From a virus (taxonomy: Duplodnaviria > Caudoviricetes), in IMG/VR virus record IMGVR_UViG_3300031841_001583, positions 1 to 44,378 of that record: a DNA stretch of 44,378 nucleotides, one strand, 5' to 3'. The translations under genes were made by a program, and so were the position numbers. Below the pieces are notes generated by a model that worked only from the letters and a program-made list of their open reading frames with translations, made no database searches and had not been told where the DNA came from. Positions within the stretch are counted from its first letter, which is position 1. Every line of letters starts with the position of its first letter. This document shows positions 1-9,554 of the stretch, one piece after another.

Positions 1-2546
1 CCGAACAGCTTCGCGCCGTCAGTCTCAAACACGAACCCACGGTTGGTACCGGAGTTCATCTCGAAGTACTGGTTGTAGTCAGACGTTGTATCGCCTGTAA
101 CGCGGCCTTGAGTACCAGCCGAAGACATGTAGATGCCGTAGGTAGTCGGAGCGCCGCCCCAGAAACCTAAGCCGTTACCACTGGATGCGTCCACCTTGAA
201 GTAACTCGAAGCCGTGATCGTACCAGTCGAGTCGATGTTGCCAGCGTTGAGCGTGCTGAAGGAAGACGTGCCACCTGTGAAGCTGGCGGCGTTACCAGTG
301 ACCTGACCGATAGCCGTGAAGTCGCCTACGTTCGTATCGAAGGAGAACTGCGTGACACCCAGAGAGTCCGTGATGAGGAACTGCTTGTCGTTGAACGAAT
401 GAAGCTCCAGCCTGTTCGCTGCGTCCTCGCCCTGTGACATGAACTGCCAGTCGCGGTCCATCTCGAACCGGATCAGCACGTCGTTATCGACAGTGCCGTT
501 GACCGTGATCCCATCAGTGAAGATGGGCTGTCCAGCCAGCAGAGCATAGTCGGTGTAGTCGAACGTGGATGAGGTGTACAGCTTCTCCCAGACATTTGAC
601 GTGCCGTCCTGCGAGCGACCGACGTAGTTCTGGTCAGCCGAGTAGCCAACCCACAGTCCACCCCACCCGGCACCACCTGAGTCTCGGCTTGAGACTTTGG
701 TGAAGTAGCCGTAGTTGGCAACCGGAGAGTTAGCTGCGGTGCTTCTGACGAACGTCGAGTATCCCATAGGGAGAGCAGACCAGACAGCAGGAGTTGACGA
801 AGCGTCACCCCATAGGGTCTGAGTACCCGCGTTACCGTGGTTCGTCGTGGTGATCTCGAAGCCGTTCAGGTCGAGGTTCGATCCCAGTTGCGGGGAGACA
901 TCCTCAACGACATTCTGAAGGGCACTGTTAGACAGCGTGACAGCCGTGTCGTGATTGGCGATGTCAGTCGTTGACCACTCCACGTTGTTGATCTGGATAG
1001 AGGTCACGCCATCAATCGAAAGGTAGTCGCTGAGATAGCGAAGGCGAACACCGTAGTCAGTCCCGCCAGTCCCGTCGAGGGACATGTCGATGAACGCTGC
1101 GGTAGTACCATGAAGTTCCAATGAAGCTGAACCAGCAGTTGACCGAGTGACGTAGCTGGTCGATGCCGATGCGATGTTGTTGAGCGCACCTGCCATAGAG
1201 ACATTGCCAGTGAACGTCGGGCTTGCTGTGGGGGCGTACCCACCAGAGGCATGATCGCCCCAACCGAAAGCTGTGTCCCAGTCGGTAGCGTTCCACGCAG
1301 CGTCGGTAGTAGCAACGATGTTATGGTTCGACAGGAAGTTGGCAATACTCTGCCAGCGTAGGAAGTTGTCGGTCCCCACCTCAACCATAATGTTCGAGGC
1401 TGTACTTGCCGTCGCAGCGCCCGTCTGGTTGAAGTAGGTAGCTCTTACATAGCCTCCTGCATCCCGACGAACAATCGTATTGACATCTGCCACAGTCGAG
1501 TCCGCATAGCCGTTAAGCAGGGCTGAGTCAGCAGCTTTAGCAGTAAGGCCCAAGTACAGTCCAGCGTGATCGCCCCAACCGTATGCGGTGTTCCAGTTGG
1601 CAACCGCAAGGTTACTTCCTGTTACTGCTCCGGTTACTGCGAGAGTGCCGGGGATGGTGACTGCGCCGTCACCTTCAAGACGCAGGAGGTCCGTGGTGTA
1701 GCGGCGAAATACGATGTCGGCAGAGGCACTGTTCCACTCGTGGTTAATCACGAGGTCGCCAGCACTGGTGTCGCGCCACATTGACCAGCCCACGTTGTTG
1801 TCTACGTTCCGCGTGAAGTGGATACCGTAGTCGCCAGCGTATGCTGCTGTGGGGTTGACAACTGTGACGAGCGCCGAGTTAGCGTCGTCGAGGAACCCGT
1901 TAGGGAGGTCAGCACCAGCCGACGGGCCGAAGTTGTGCTGCGTTGCCGTAGGGTTGATCTGTGCGAACGTCCAGTTGCCTGTGATGATCTCGTTGTCTGC
2001 GAGTGCAGCATAGAGTGCCGGGTCGAACGTAGCGGCAGCCGCAGCCGAGGCAGCAGCATTTGTTTCGGAGATGGCAGCAGCAGCTTCAGAAGCGGCGGCA
2101 GCCTGTTCACTCGCCAGTGCGGCGGCAGCAGATACTACAGCTGCGGCGGCCTGTGCGATTGCAGTTACCTTAGCGTCAACCGCTCCGGTTTCTGCGAGTT
2201 CAGCTGCAACGCGGTCAGCGTCAGCCAGCACAGCCTGAGCCGTTGCGGTGACTGCTGATGCGGCAGCATTTGTTTCTGACAAGGCAGCAGCTATCTCACT
2301 ATCGGAGGCAGCCGATGCACTTGCGGCGACAGTCGCGACGTAGCCCGTCACGTTGTCTGAAAGAAGGGCTGGACAAGGGAGAAGTGTTTCCTCCCCTGCC
2401 CAGTTCGTCAGCGGATATTCGCCGTCGAGGTTTGGGCCACCACTAACGGTACCACCTATCCAATCAGAGTACTCCTGATTGAACGCAGCCCAGTACTCGA
2501 TCAGGTTAGCGATCTGTTGGGCGAGTTGTGCGTTAGTGAATGACAT
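1..2546 (-). CDS. Long tail fibre / receptor-binding protein, 5' part; runs off the window start (not in the ORF track)
   Basis: ATG at 2546 with AGGAG SD. Manual translation MSFTNAQLAQQIANLIEYW... is still in frame at the window edge (...NRGFVFETDGAKLF). Ala-rich coiled region, two W(N/D)TA(Y/F)GWGDHA repeats and a DVSPQLGSNLDLNG motif typical of phage fibres. Confidence 0.85.
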   Translation of the reverse strand, partial: MSFTNAQLAQQIANLIEYWAAFNQEYSDWIGGTVSGGPNLDGEYPLTNWAGEETLLPCPALLSDNVTGYVATVAASASAASDSEIAAALSETNAAASAVTATAQAVLADADRVAAELAETGAVDAKVTAIAQAAAAVVSAAAALASEQAAAASEAAAAISETNAAASAAAAATFDPALYAALADNEIITGNWTFAQINPTATQHNFGPSAGADLPNGFLDDANSALVTVVNPTAAYAGDYGIHFTRNVDNNVGWSMWRDTSAGDLVINHEWNSASADIVFRRYTTDLLRLEGDGAVTIPGTLAVTGAVTGSNLAVANWNTAYGWGDHAGLYLGLTAKAADSALLNGYADSTVADVNTIVRRDAGGYVRATYFNQTGAATASTASNIMVEVGTDNFLRWQSIANFLSNHNIVATTDAAWNATDWDTAFGWGDHASGGYAPTASPTFTGNVSMAGALNNIASASTSYVTRSTAGSASLELHGTTAAFIDMSLDGTGGTDYGVRLRYLSDYLSIDGVTSIQINNVEWSTTDIANHDTAVTLSNSALQNVVEDVSPQLGSNLDLNGFEITTTNHGNAGTQTLWGDASSTPAVWSALPMGYSTFVRSTAANSPVANYGYFTKVSSRDSGGAGWGGLWVGYSADQNYVGRSQDGTSNVWEKLYTSSTFDYTDYALLAGQPIFTDGITVNGTVDNDVLIRFEMDRDWQFMSQGEDAANRLELHSFNDKQFLITDSLGVTQFSFDTNVGDFTAIGQVTGNAASFTGGTSSFSTLNAGNIDSTGTITASSYFKVDASSGNGLGFWGGAPTTYGIYMSSAGTQGRVTGDTTSDYNQYFEMNSGTNRGFVFETDGAKLF

Positions 2547-2555
2547 GATGACTCC

Positions 2556-2738
2556 TTAGTCTTCGACGGGAACGGCAGCCTGCTCCTGAGCTTGCAGGAG
2601 CTGAAGCTGTGCTTGTAGTACTGGAAGCTGCTTCTCAAGCTGCTCGATCTGATCCTTTGCGTTCGCACGCTGAAGGGCCAGCTGAGTGATAGCCTGAGTG
2701 AGCTGCTCTATTGTTGGTACTTGGACTTGCTGTTGCAT
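2556..2738 (-). CDS. Small Gln-rich coiled-coil protein (60 aa), possible fibre chaperone or adaptor
   Basis: ATG at 2738 with GAGGAG SD; lies between two fibre genes. Confidence 0.7.
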   Translation of the reverse strand: MQQQVQVPTIEQLTQAITQLALQRANAKDQIEQLEKQLPVLQAQLQLLQAQEQAAVPVED

Positions 2739-2760
2739 GAGATTTCTCTCCTCGTTGTGG

Positions 2761-5664
2761 TTAATCGTAAGTGACTTCAGGTTGGCCTGTGAAGACGATG
2801 TCCGCACAGAAGTCAGCGTTCTTGACGTATGGGATAACATCCCACGGTTCAGCACCCGGACCCCAGTAGGTTCCGACTGCGCCGTCGATGTCGATAACGT
2901 CGCCTTCCTCAAGACCCGTGACGGTTCTCGATTGAGCAACGTACGTCGATGTCGTCAGGGTGTGGTACCCGACAAGCACTCCGTTCTTCGTGACACGAAT
3001 GGATGCGTTGACGTAGGGTGAGGCTGTCGAGGTCGTGTTCTTCTTCATCTCGAACTTGATCTTACAGCTTCCACCTTTGTCGGTCGTGAAGGTCTTCAAA
3101 GTCTGGTACGACCACGACCCACTCCATGTACCAGTCGCCCAACGCTCGGTGTCAGCACTGACAATGACTGCGTCAGATGCGGAGTAGACACCCACGTTGA
3201 TGATGCCGGATACGGTCAGGTCTGTCCCGTCGAATGACAGGTAGTTGCCGTTGGCCTTGTTGCCCACGTAGAACTTGTAGGCACTCGTGTCGTAGCCCAA
3301 GAAGAAACCTGCGCCAGTCTCGAAGCCTGCTCCTGTCGATAGCATCTTGCCTGTGGTACCAACAGTCAGCGTACCGTCAACTGTTAGTGAACCAGTCTGT
3401 GTATCAACGGCAGAGAGGTTCGTCACGTTGATCTTCGCCGCAGTGACAGCACCTGCCAGAATCTCATTCGCCGTGATGGCGTTAGCAGAGATGTGCGTGG
3501 TGCTGATCGCGTTGGTGCCGATCTGTGTCGAACCGATGGTGCCGTTAATCATGGACTGGCCGTTGATCGTACCAGTGACAATCATGTCGCCGTCGATCTG
3601 AAGCAGTTCAGCCACACCGTCCCACCATATCTTCGGTGTGAAGGTGACAGGATCAACAACTGAGAAGTTGTCCGCAACGATCACGAAGGAACCAGTGGAA
3701 CCATCGTTGAGCTGCGTGAACCCAGTGACCCGTCCACCCACGTCCAGCGTTACGCCGTAGTGTGCTTCGAGATCAGAGATACCTGTCTCTGCGTTGGTGA
3801 TAGCCGATGCGTTGGCAGTGATGTTGATGTTGGAACTGTCGACTCGTCCATCCACCGCAACAACCGAAGCATTCACGTCAGTGATTGCCGATGCGTTGGC
3901 CGTGATGAGTCCACCCTGCGATGTGACCGTACTGTCAAGCGTCGAGATTGACGATGCGTTGGCAGCCATAGCCGCGTTATCTGTGGGGGACCATACGGTA
4001 CCCGTCCAGATGTGCAGGTTGTTGTTGTCACTCGTGTCGATCCAGAGGTCGCCTGCGTTGTCAGCAGTCGGGGCGGTGCCCTGATGGAAGACGCGATTCC
4101 GGTTAGACAGCGTAGCCTGTACGCCTGTGATAGCCGATGCGTTGGACGTTACGTTGCCGTCAGTCGTCACGATGCTGTTGGCGTTCGTAACGATGTCAGC
4201 CTGAGCTGTCGTCACGTCACCCTGTAGCGTGGTGATGTCCGTCTGGACCGTAGAGATGTCCGATGCGTTGGCCGTGATGTTGCCTGCGTTGGTCGTCACA
4301 TTCGTAGACAGGGACGAGAGGGCGGCAGCATTGCCAGCAATGGCAGCATCCTGAGCCTCGACCCAGCTCACACCGTTGTATCGGTAGAGCTTGTTGTCGT
4401 CCGAGTCGATCCACAGATCGCCAGCATTCAGGTCAAGCGTAGGAGCGAGAGCCTGCATGTACGTGCGCGAGCGCAGGTCCACGTCAGTCTGCAACGTCGT
4501 GATGGACGATGCGTTAGTACTGATGTCGCCAGCATTGGTAGTTACGTCCGTCTGTAGCACGGAGACAGCCGCCGCGTTGGCGACGATGTCACCTTCAGCA
4601 CTCGTGACGCGAACGTCAAGGGCCGTAACGTCAGACGCTATGGCCGAGTCAGCGTTGGTGCGTGCTGTCTGCTCTGTGATGATGTCAGCCGCGTTGGTGT
4701 CAGCGTCAGCCTGTGCCGCAGCCGTAGCCGCAGACAAAGTGGTGAAGCGTGTACCCAGTGACTCAGCTGGTCCGACATAGGCAGTCGTCAGGTCGATCAC
4801 GAAGGCAGTGCCGCCAGCATTCTCCGCGCCGATGAGGGCGAGGGTCGAGGCAGTTGCCGAGTCAGCGTTAGAGCGGACAAGAGATTCAGCCACGATTGCA
4901 GCTGCGTTATCCGCAGTGTCAACTTGCAGTACCGAGATGGCAGCCGCGTTGTTGCCGATGCGGGGATCGTTGATGTCGACCCACACGCCAGCCGTGTAGA
5001 TGTACGCAGCGTTGTTGTCGTCGCTGTCGTACCAACGTGCGCCTTCAGGTATCGGGTTAGGGATACCACCGACACCGGGCACAGGTTCTGTTGCCTGAAT
5101 GTAGACAGCAGCAGCTACACCCTGAGCCAGCGTGTTGAGCTGGACCTGTAGGGATTCACCGAGGGTGACGATAGCTTCTGCGTTCAGGTCGATGTCCGCG
5201 ATGCGAGCTTGCAGTGTCGCGGCAGCTTCCTTGTTAATCATCTCATTCACGAGCGCCGCGATGATTGCGTCGGACTCGGTTTCGACAATGCCCTGACCCG
5301 TAGCTACGTTAAAGAGCGTCTCATTGATAAGCTCATTGAAGCTGTCAGCGTACTCTTGGGACAGGTAGTAAGTGTGGAGGTAAGCCGTGTCGAGATCATT
5401 CGCACGTAGCGTTGATCCATCGACGAAGTCTACCAGTATGTTCGACGGTGAGGTCCACCGTTTGATTTCGATAGCACTGCCATCACCGGGGGCGTTGACG
5501 AACTTGATGGTTGAACTGTTCGTCCACGTGTAGTGCATAGTGGTGAGTTGCAGCACCTCGTCAAGGTACACATTGATGTGACCCTGTGCGATGTAGGGCA
5601 TGGGGACGTTGTACGACTTGGTAACACCATCACCTTCGTACAGCACCTTGGATGAGAATGACAT
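2761..5664 (-). CDS. Tail fibre/spike with T7 gp17-like N-terminal anchor (967 aa)
   Basis: N-terminus (YEGDGVTKSYNVPMPYI...LVDFVDGSTLRANDLD) resembles the gp17 anchor. Heptad repeats and repeated GDLWID..N.L..W.G..W modules. Start moved to ATG 5664 (GGAG SD). Confidence 0.88.
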   Translation of the reverse strand: MSFSSKVLYEGDGVTKSYNVPMPYIAQGHINVYLDEVLQLTTMHYTWTNSSTIKFVNAPGDGSAIEIKRWTSPSNILVDFVDGSTLRANDLDTAYLHTYYLSQEYADSFNELINETLFNVATGQGIVETESDAIIAALVNEMINKEAAATLQARIADIDLNAEAIVTLGESLQVQLNTLAQGVAAAVYIQATEPVPGVGGIPNPIPEGARWYDSDDNNAAYIYTAGVWVDINDPRIGNNAAAISVLQVDTADNAAAIVAESLVRSNADSATASTLALIGAENAGGTAFVIDLTTAYVGPAESLGTRFTTLSAATAAAQADADTNAADIITEQTARTNADSAIASDVTALDVRVTSAEGDIVANAAAVSVLQTDVTTNAGDISTNASSITTLQTDVDLRSRTYMQALAPTLDLNAGDLWIDSDDNKLYRYNGVSWVEAQDAAIAGNAAALSSLSTNVTTNAGNITANASDISTVQTDITTLQGDVTTAQADIVTNANSIVTTDGNVTSNASAITGVQATLSNRNRVFHQGTAPTADNAGDLWIDTSDNNNLHIWTGTVWSPTDNAAMAANASSISTLDSTVTSQGGLITANASAITDVNASVVAVDGRVDSSNINITANASAITNAETGISDLEAHYGVTLDVGGRVTGFTQLNDGSTGSFVIVADNFSVVDPVTFTPKIWWDGVAELLQIDGDMIVTGTINGQSMINGTIGSTQIGTNAISTTHISANAITANEILAGAVTAAKINVTNLSAVDTQTGSLTVDGTLTVGTTGKMLSTGAGFETGAGFFLGYDTSAYKFYVGNKANGNYLSFDGTDLTVSGIINVGVYSASDAVIVSADTERWATGTWSGSWSYQTLKTFTTDKGGSCKIKFEMKKNTTSTASPYVNASIRVTKNGVLVGYHTLTTSTYVAQSRTVTGLEEGDVIDIDGAVGTYWGPGAEPWDVIPYVKNADFCADIVFTGQPEVTYD

Positions 5665-5676
5665 TAACGTCTCCAT

Positions 5677-5708
5677 AAGAAAAGGGAGATGCCCCCGAAG
5701 GGGCACCT
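5677..5708 (-). terminator. Probable intrinsic terminator after the gp16-like gene
   Basis: AGGTGCCCC-TTCG-GGGGCATCT hairpin followed by CCCTTTTCTT. Confidence 0.6.
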
Positions 5709-5709
5709 G

Positions 5710-8700
5710 TTAGGGTTGCAGGACCAGACGTGCAGCTGCTTCTTTCTGCTGCTTCACGTTGTCGAAGTAGTCAGGGTTGTCGGTCAGGTATTCCATCTTG
5801 GCCGCCCGTAGGTAGCCAGAGACGATGCCCTTCACCATGTCAGCCTTGCCCGTGTCCGATAGCATGTCGAGGTACAAACCGGAGTTCATAGCTTCTTCAA
5901 GTTTCTCGTGCAGGTTCTGGCCGTTGATGAATAGGGTTCCTTTCCGTGCCATGACATCAGAGTACGTGACATTGTCGACGTTCTCTCCGACACCAAATAG
6001 GTCCTTTGAAGGAGGACGGTAGTCGAATGCGAGACGAGCAACCTCCTTGTATACGGGGTCTTCTCGTTCTGTTCCGGCTGCCACTGGCGATGCCCATGCT
6101 GGTCCAAGGTAGTCCCGTTTGTATTTGGGTTGGCCGAGCATGTCGTATCGTACAGGCAGGTCGTCCGAGAATCCGGGTACCGATGCCTTCCAGTTGTCCA
6201 TCCACGTCCACGCTTCTCTTGCGAGTTCGTCGTGGTCGGTGTTGATCCGTCGCAGCAGTGCGCTGAACGGGGTTATCATTGTTGCGGTCTGACGATTCAG
6301 GTATCGCGGGCCATAGCGTTTCGGGTCTTCGATCATGCCAACCAGATCAGCTACACCTTTGAACCACGTCTTGTCAGTGACGTTGGTCGTGACAACAGTC
6401 GCCGCCAGCGAGGCAGCTTCCCAGAAGTCAGCGTCATCATCACCTTCCCACCACTCTGAGGCGAGCGCCAAGTCAGCGCCAAGTCCCAGCAGCATACCCA
6501 TAGGTTCGAGTCTGTTGTACTGGTACCACACACCGTCCGGTCCCTGATAGGAGTACGGAGGTATGTCGTCCATCTGCTCTGAGTTGGGCATGTTGGTAGT
6601 AGACAGGCCACCACCAGTGATCTTGCCGCTCAGTGCCATGTTGGCAGACCAACCCAAGAAGGCTGTGCCTGTTGCCATGCGAGCTAACGCGATGTCACCT
6701 TGAGGTCCACCCTTGGCGATCCGTTGGAGAATCTCACTCTTGTGAGCCTTGAGGAAAGGCAACGGGGTGCGCTCGAACACCGTCTGCTTGATGATGTTCA
6801 CGGGCGTGCGGTAGAACGGAATGATGAACTTCATCATGGGGTGACGATTGATGAACGTCTCGAAGTCGCGGGCTATACCGTTGGGCAGGTCAGACTGGAA
6901 CGTCTGGTACCGGGCGTGATCCATCGAGTCGAACCTCACGTCCTCGGGCGGGAACTCACGGTAGTTCCTGTGAGTGCGCTCGATGATTGCTTCACGCTTC
7001 TTACCCTTCTTGCCGAGGGATGTGGCGATAGCATCACCGTCCTTGTAGGCACGGGAAGCGAGGTGCTGGTTGTATGTGATCTGCTTGAAGAACTCATCCG
7101 AGGTGAGGATAAGCCTACCGGGGATTCTAATAAGTTTGCCCAAGCTATTGATAGCCTTAGCATTTAGGTCCACACCGGAAGCGTCCAGAGTACGGACAGC
7201 GTCAGCGATAGACCGGGTAGAATCGTCTGTCATTGATATAGCTTTGCGGGTATCAGCATCCACACGCATGCGCGTATCGAGTACTGGTTTCTCATCCACG
7301 AAAGCTCGGAACGTAGCGCCCCAATCTTCTGCTTCGATGCCCTTGAAGTCACCTTTGAGCAGCTTCCCGAACGGGATTCTGAGTGCTGCGTCAAGTCCCT
7401 GCATGGTACCGTAGAGGTACGCATTCGCCTCACGGAATGTGATGCGGTCCAGAGACTCCTTGCGGAGTGCGCGTCGGCCAGCGTTGCGTACAGCGCCCAG
7501 TCCTGCGGCGAAGTAACGCTCGGTGATACCTTCCACCAGCTTCAGCATGTTCGATGCGTTGTTCAGCATCAGCGTTGAGATACCAGACAGCAAGCCATTG
7601 ATGTAGACCTCGACCCACGTATCGCGGGCACGTTGCCAGCCCGTCTTACGGGTGAGCTGGTTGATCTTGTTCATGTCCTTGAGGTCGGCAATCTTCTGTG
7701 CGAGGTGCCTGCGTTGGTCGCCGCCGAGTCCGGTAGCGTCACGCATCAGGTCGTCAAACTCTTTGAAGTCATCGACGTGAGCTGTGGACACACGTTGCAT
7801 CTGCCGCAGAGCGCGGGCAATCTCTGCCTTCGAGCCACGGATCGTTGCTTGGAGTGTGCTGTGCAGGTCCATCTGACGGAACAGTGCCATCATCTCTTTC
7901 TCAGAACCGTTCTTAGCGATCTTCGCCAGACGACGGAGTTCCTGTACCGACTGATAGAGGATCGTGTCAGCACCAGCCATACGTGCGGCCAGTCCTTTAC
8001 CACCCTTCACGTCACGGCCCAGCTTCAGCACGTCGTCAGCTGTGGTGCCAACGGAACGTGCCAGAGTCTCAGCTACTGACTGGTAGCCCTTCGCGTCCTT
8101 CATCTCCTGCTCGAATACTTCCGAGAACGAGTTGATGATCTTCACGAATTCGTCTACCGACTCACCGTCACCAACCTGTGCTGCGAGTCCGTCCCAGTCT
8201 ACAGTGGTGTGGTTGAAGTCGAGTAGCTCCTGAGCGCCCTGTGTGTCACCGGACTCCAGTGCCTTGCGAACTGCACGTAGCTTGACCGGGTCAGCCTTGA
8301 GGGATGCCTTGAGCTGCCGGAGGGCAACGTCATGGAATGTCTCGGCAACCTTCTCGCCTTCGATGGTAGCGCGAGCTTGGTCTTCTACCTCAGTCTTCTT
8401 GGCAGCTGCGTCAGCCTCAGCTTTCTTGGCAGCACGAGCTTCCAGTTCAGCCTGTTGCTTGGCGAGGCGGCGTGTCTCTACGCCCAGCTTCTTCTCAGCT
8501 GTCTTCGTAGCGGCACCGGATGCCCTGCGTTCGTCGAGGTTCTTCGTCAGGTCGTCGACCAGCTTGGCCTGATTGGCCACGGTTACGTCGAACCCATCGT
8601 CAACCGTAGTGGCAACGACGCGGCCTGCTTCGTCCACACCTGAATCAGGTACGGGGGCAGCCTCTGGTTCGAGGACCTTCGTGTCCTTGAGGTTACGTTC

Positions 8701-9540
8701 AGCACTGACAGTCTTGGCCGCCCGGTAGCTTCTCAGCCACCTGAAGGAACGGACAGCACCCTCGATGACCCCACCTATGAGGACACCTTCGAGTGCGTTC
8801 TTGAGTCGACCTTCGAGTGCCGGGTCGGTCGGGTCAGCGGACATGTACTCCGTGAATGCGTTGTCGAATGCAGCATTGCCTTCGCCCCACTCTCGGGCCA
8901 GATCGGCCAGTCGTGCTTCGTGAGGATCGAACGCAGCGAAGTCAGCTACGATAGCGCCGGAGATGTTGCCCATGCCAGCCTTACGGGTAGCGGCGAACAC
9001 AACGGCCCACTGCATGAACCCGGAGGTCATCTGACCCATAGCCGAGTCGGGACGATCCACGTCAGGGAAGTCAATGTTCGAGAGGTTCATCGGGTGCTTA
9101 CCCGTTGCGATCTCGTACTGAATTGCCTTAGCTTGGAACGTGTCGTTGTTCATCCAGTCCAGACGTTTGGTCGTGAACGGGATGGGGATGCCGGATGTCT
9201 CGCCTTCCTCGTTGATGAACTCGTCATCAGCAAGGACGATCTTACCACCCCAGTCTTCAGCGAACGACGTGAGGTCGCCAGCTGTGCGGAGTACCTGCTC
9301 GGCTGCCTGTTCAACAGCAGAGCCTGTGACTTCCCACGTGTTGTTGATGAACCCATCGTCCTCAAGGTCGAGGGGAGGGGGAGGAGGTGCCTGATCCATG
9401 AGCTTCGCTTCAAGGTCCATCACGGAGATTTCATCTTGTGCGTTGCGTCGTGTCTCTGCCTGCTTCTCGATAGCACGTTGCTCCAGCTCAAGGATGCTTT
9501 CCTCGGCGGCTTCGTGTTCTCTTGTCAGTGGATCAGACAT
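5710..9540 (-). CDS. Large internal virion (ejection) protein, gp16-like
   Basis: 1276 aa; position after gp14/gp15-like genes; helical C-terminal region (PFYRTPVNI, YNRLEPMG) typical of the family. Confidence 0.8.
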   Translation of the reverse strand: MSDPLTREHEAAEESILELEQRAIEKQAETRRNAQDEISVMDLEAKLMDQAPPPPPLDLEDDGFINNTWEVTGSAVEQAAEQVLRTAGDLTSFAEDWGGKIVLADDEFINEEGETSGIPIPFTTKRLDWMNNDTFQAKAIQYEIATGKHPMNLSNIDFPDVDRPDSAMGQMTSGFMQWAVVFAATRKAGMGNISGAIVADFAAFDPHEARLADLAREWGEGNAAFDNAFTEYMSADPTDPALEGRLKNALEGVLIGGVIEGAVRSFRWLRSYRAAKTVSAERNLKDTKVLEPEAAPVPDSGVDEAGRVVATTVDDGFDVTVANQAKLVDDLTKNLDERRASGAATKTAEKKLGVETRRLAKQQAELEARAAKKAEADAAAKKTEVEDQARATIEGEKVAETFHDVALRQLKASLKADPVKLRAVRKALESGDTQGAQELLDFNHTTVDWDGLAAQVGDGESVDEFVKIINSFSEVFEQEMKDAKGYQSVAETLARSVGTTADDVLKLGRDVKGGKGLAARMAGADTILYQSVQELRRLAKIAKNGSEKEMMALFRQMDLHSTLQATIRGSKAEIARALRQMQRVSTAHVDDFKEFDDLMRDATGLGGDQRRHLAQKIADLKDMNKINQLTRKTGWQRARDTWVEVYINGLLSGISTLMLNNASNMLKLVEGITERYFAAGLGAVRNAGRRALRKESLDRITFREANAYLYGTMQGLDAALRIPFGKLLKGDFKGIEAEDWGATFRAFVDEKPVLDTRMRVDADTRKAISMTDDSTRSIADAVRTLDASGVDLNAKAINSLGKLIRIPGRLILTSDEFFKQITYNQHLASRAYKDGDAIATSLGKKGKKREAIIERTHRNYREFPPEDVRFDSMDHARYQTFQSDLPNGIARDFETFINRHPMMKFIIPFYRTPVNIIKQTVFERTPLPFLKAHKSEILQRIAKGGPQGDIALARMATGTAFLGWSANMALSGKITGGGLSTTNMPNSEQMDDIPPYSYQGPDGVWYQYNRLEPMGMLLGLGADLALASEWWEGDDDADFWEAASLAATVVTTNVTDKTWFKGVADLVGMIEDPKRYGPRYLNRQTATMITPFSALLRRINTDHDELAREAWTWMDNWKASVPGFSDDLPVRYDMLGQPKYKRDYLGPAWASPVAAGTEREDPVYKEVARLAFDYRPPSKDLFGVGENVDNVTYSDVMARKGTLFINGQNLHEKLEEAMNSGLYLDMLSDTGKADMVKGIVSGYLRAAKMEYLTDNPDYFDNVKQQKEAAARLVLQP

Positions 9541-9554
9541 GTCTATTCCTCGGG

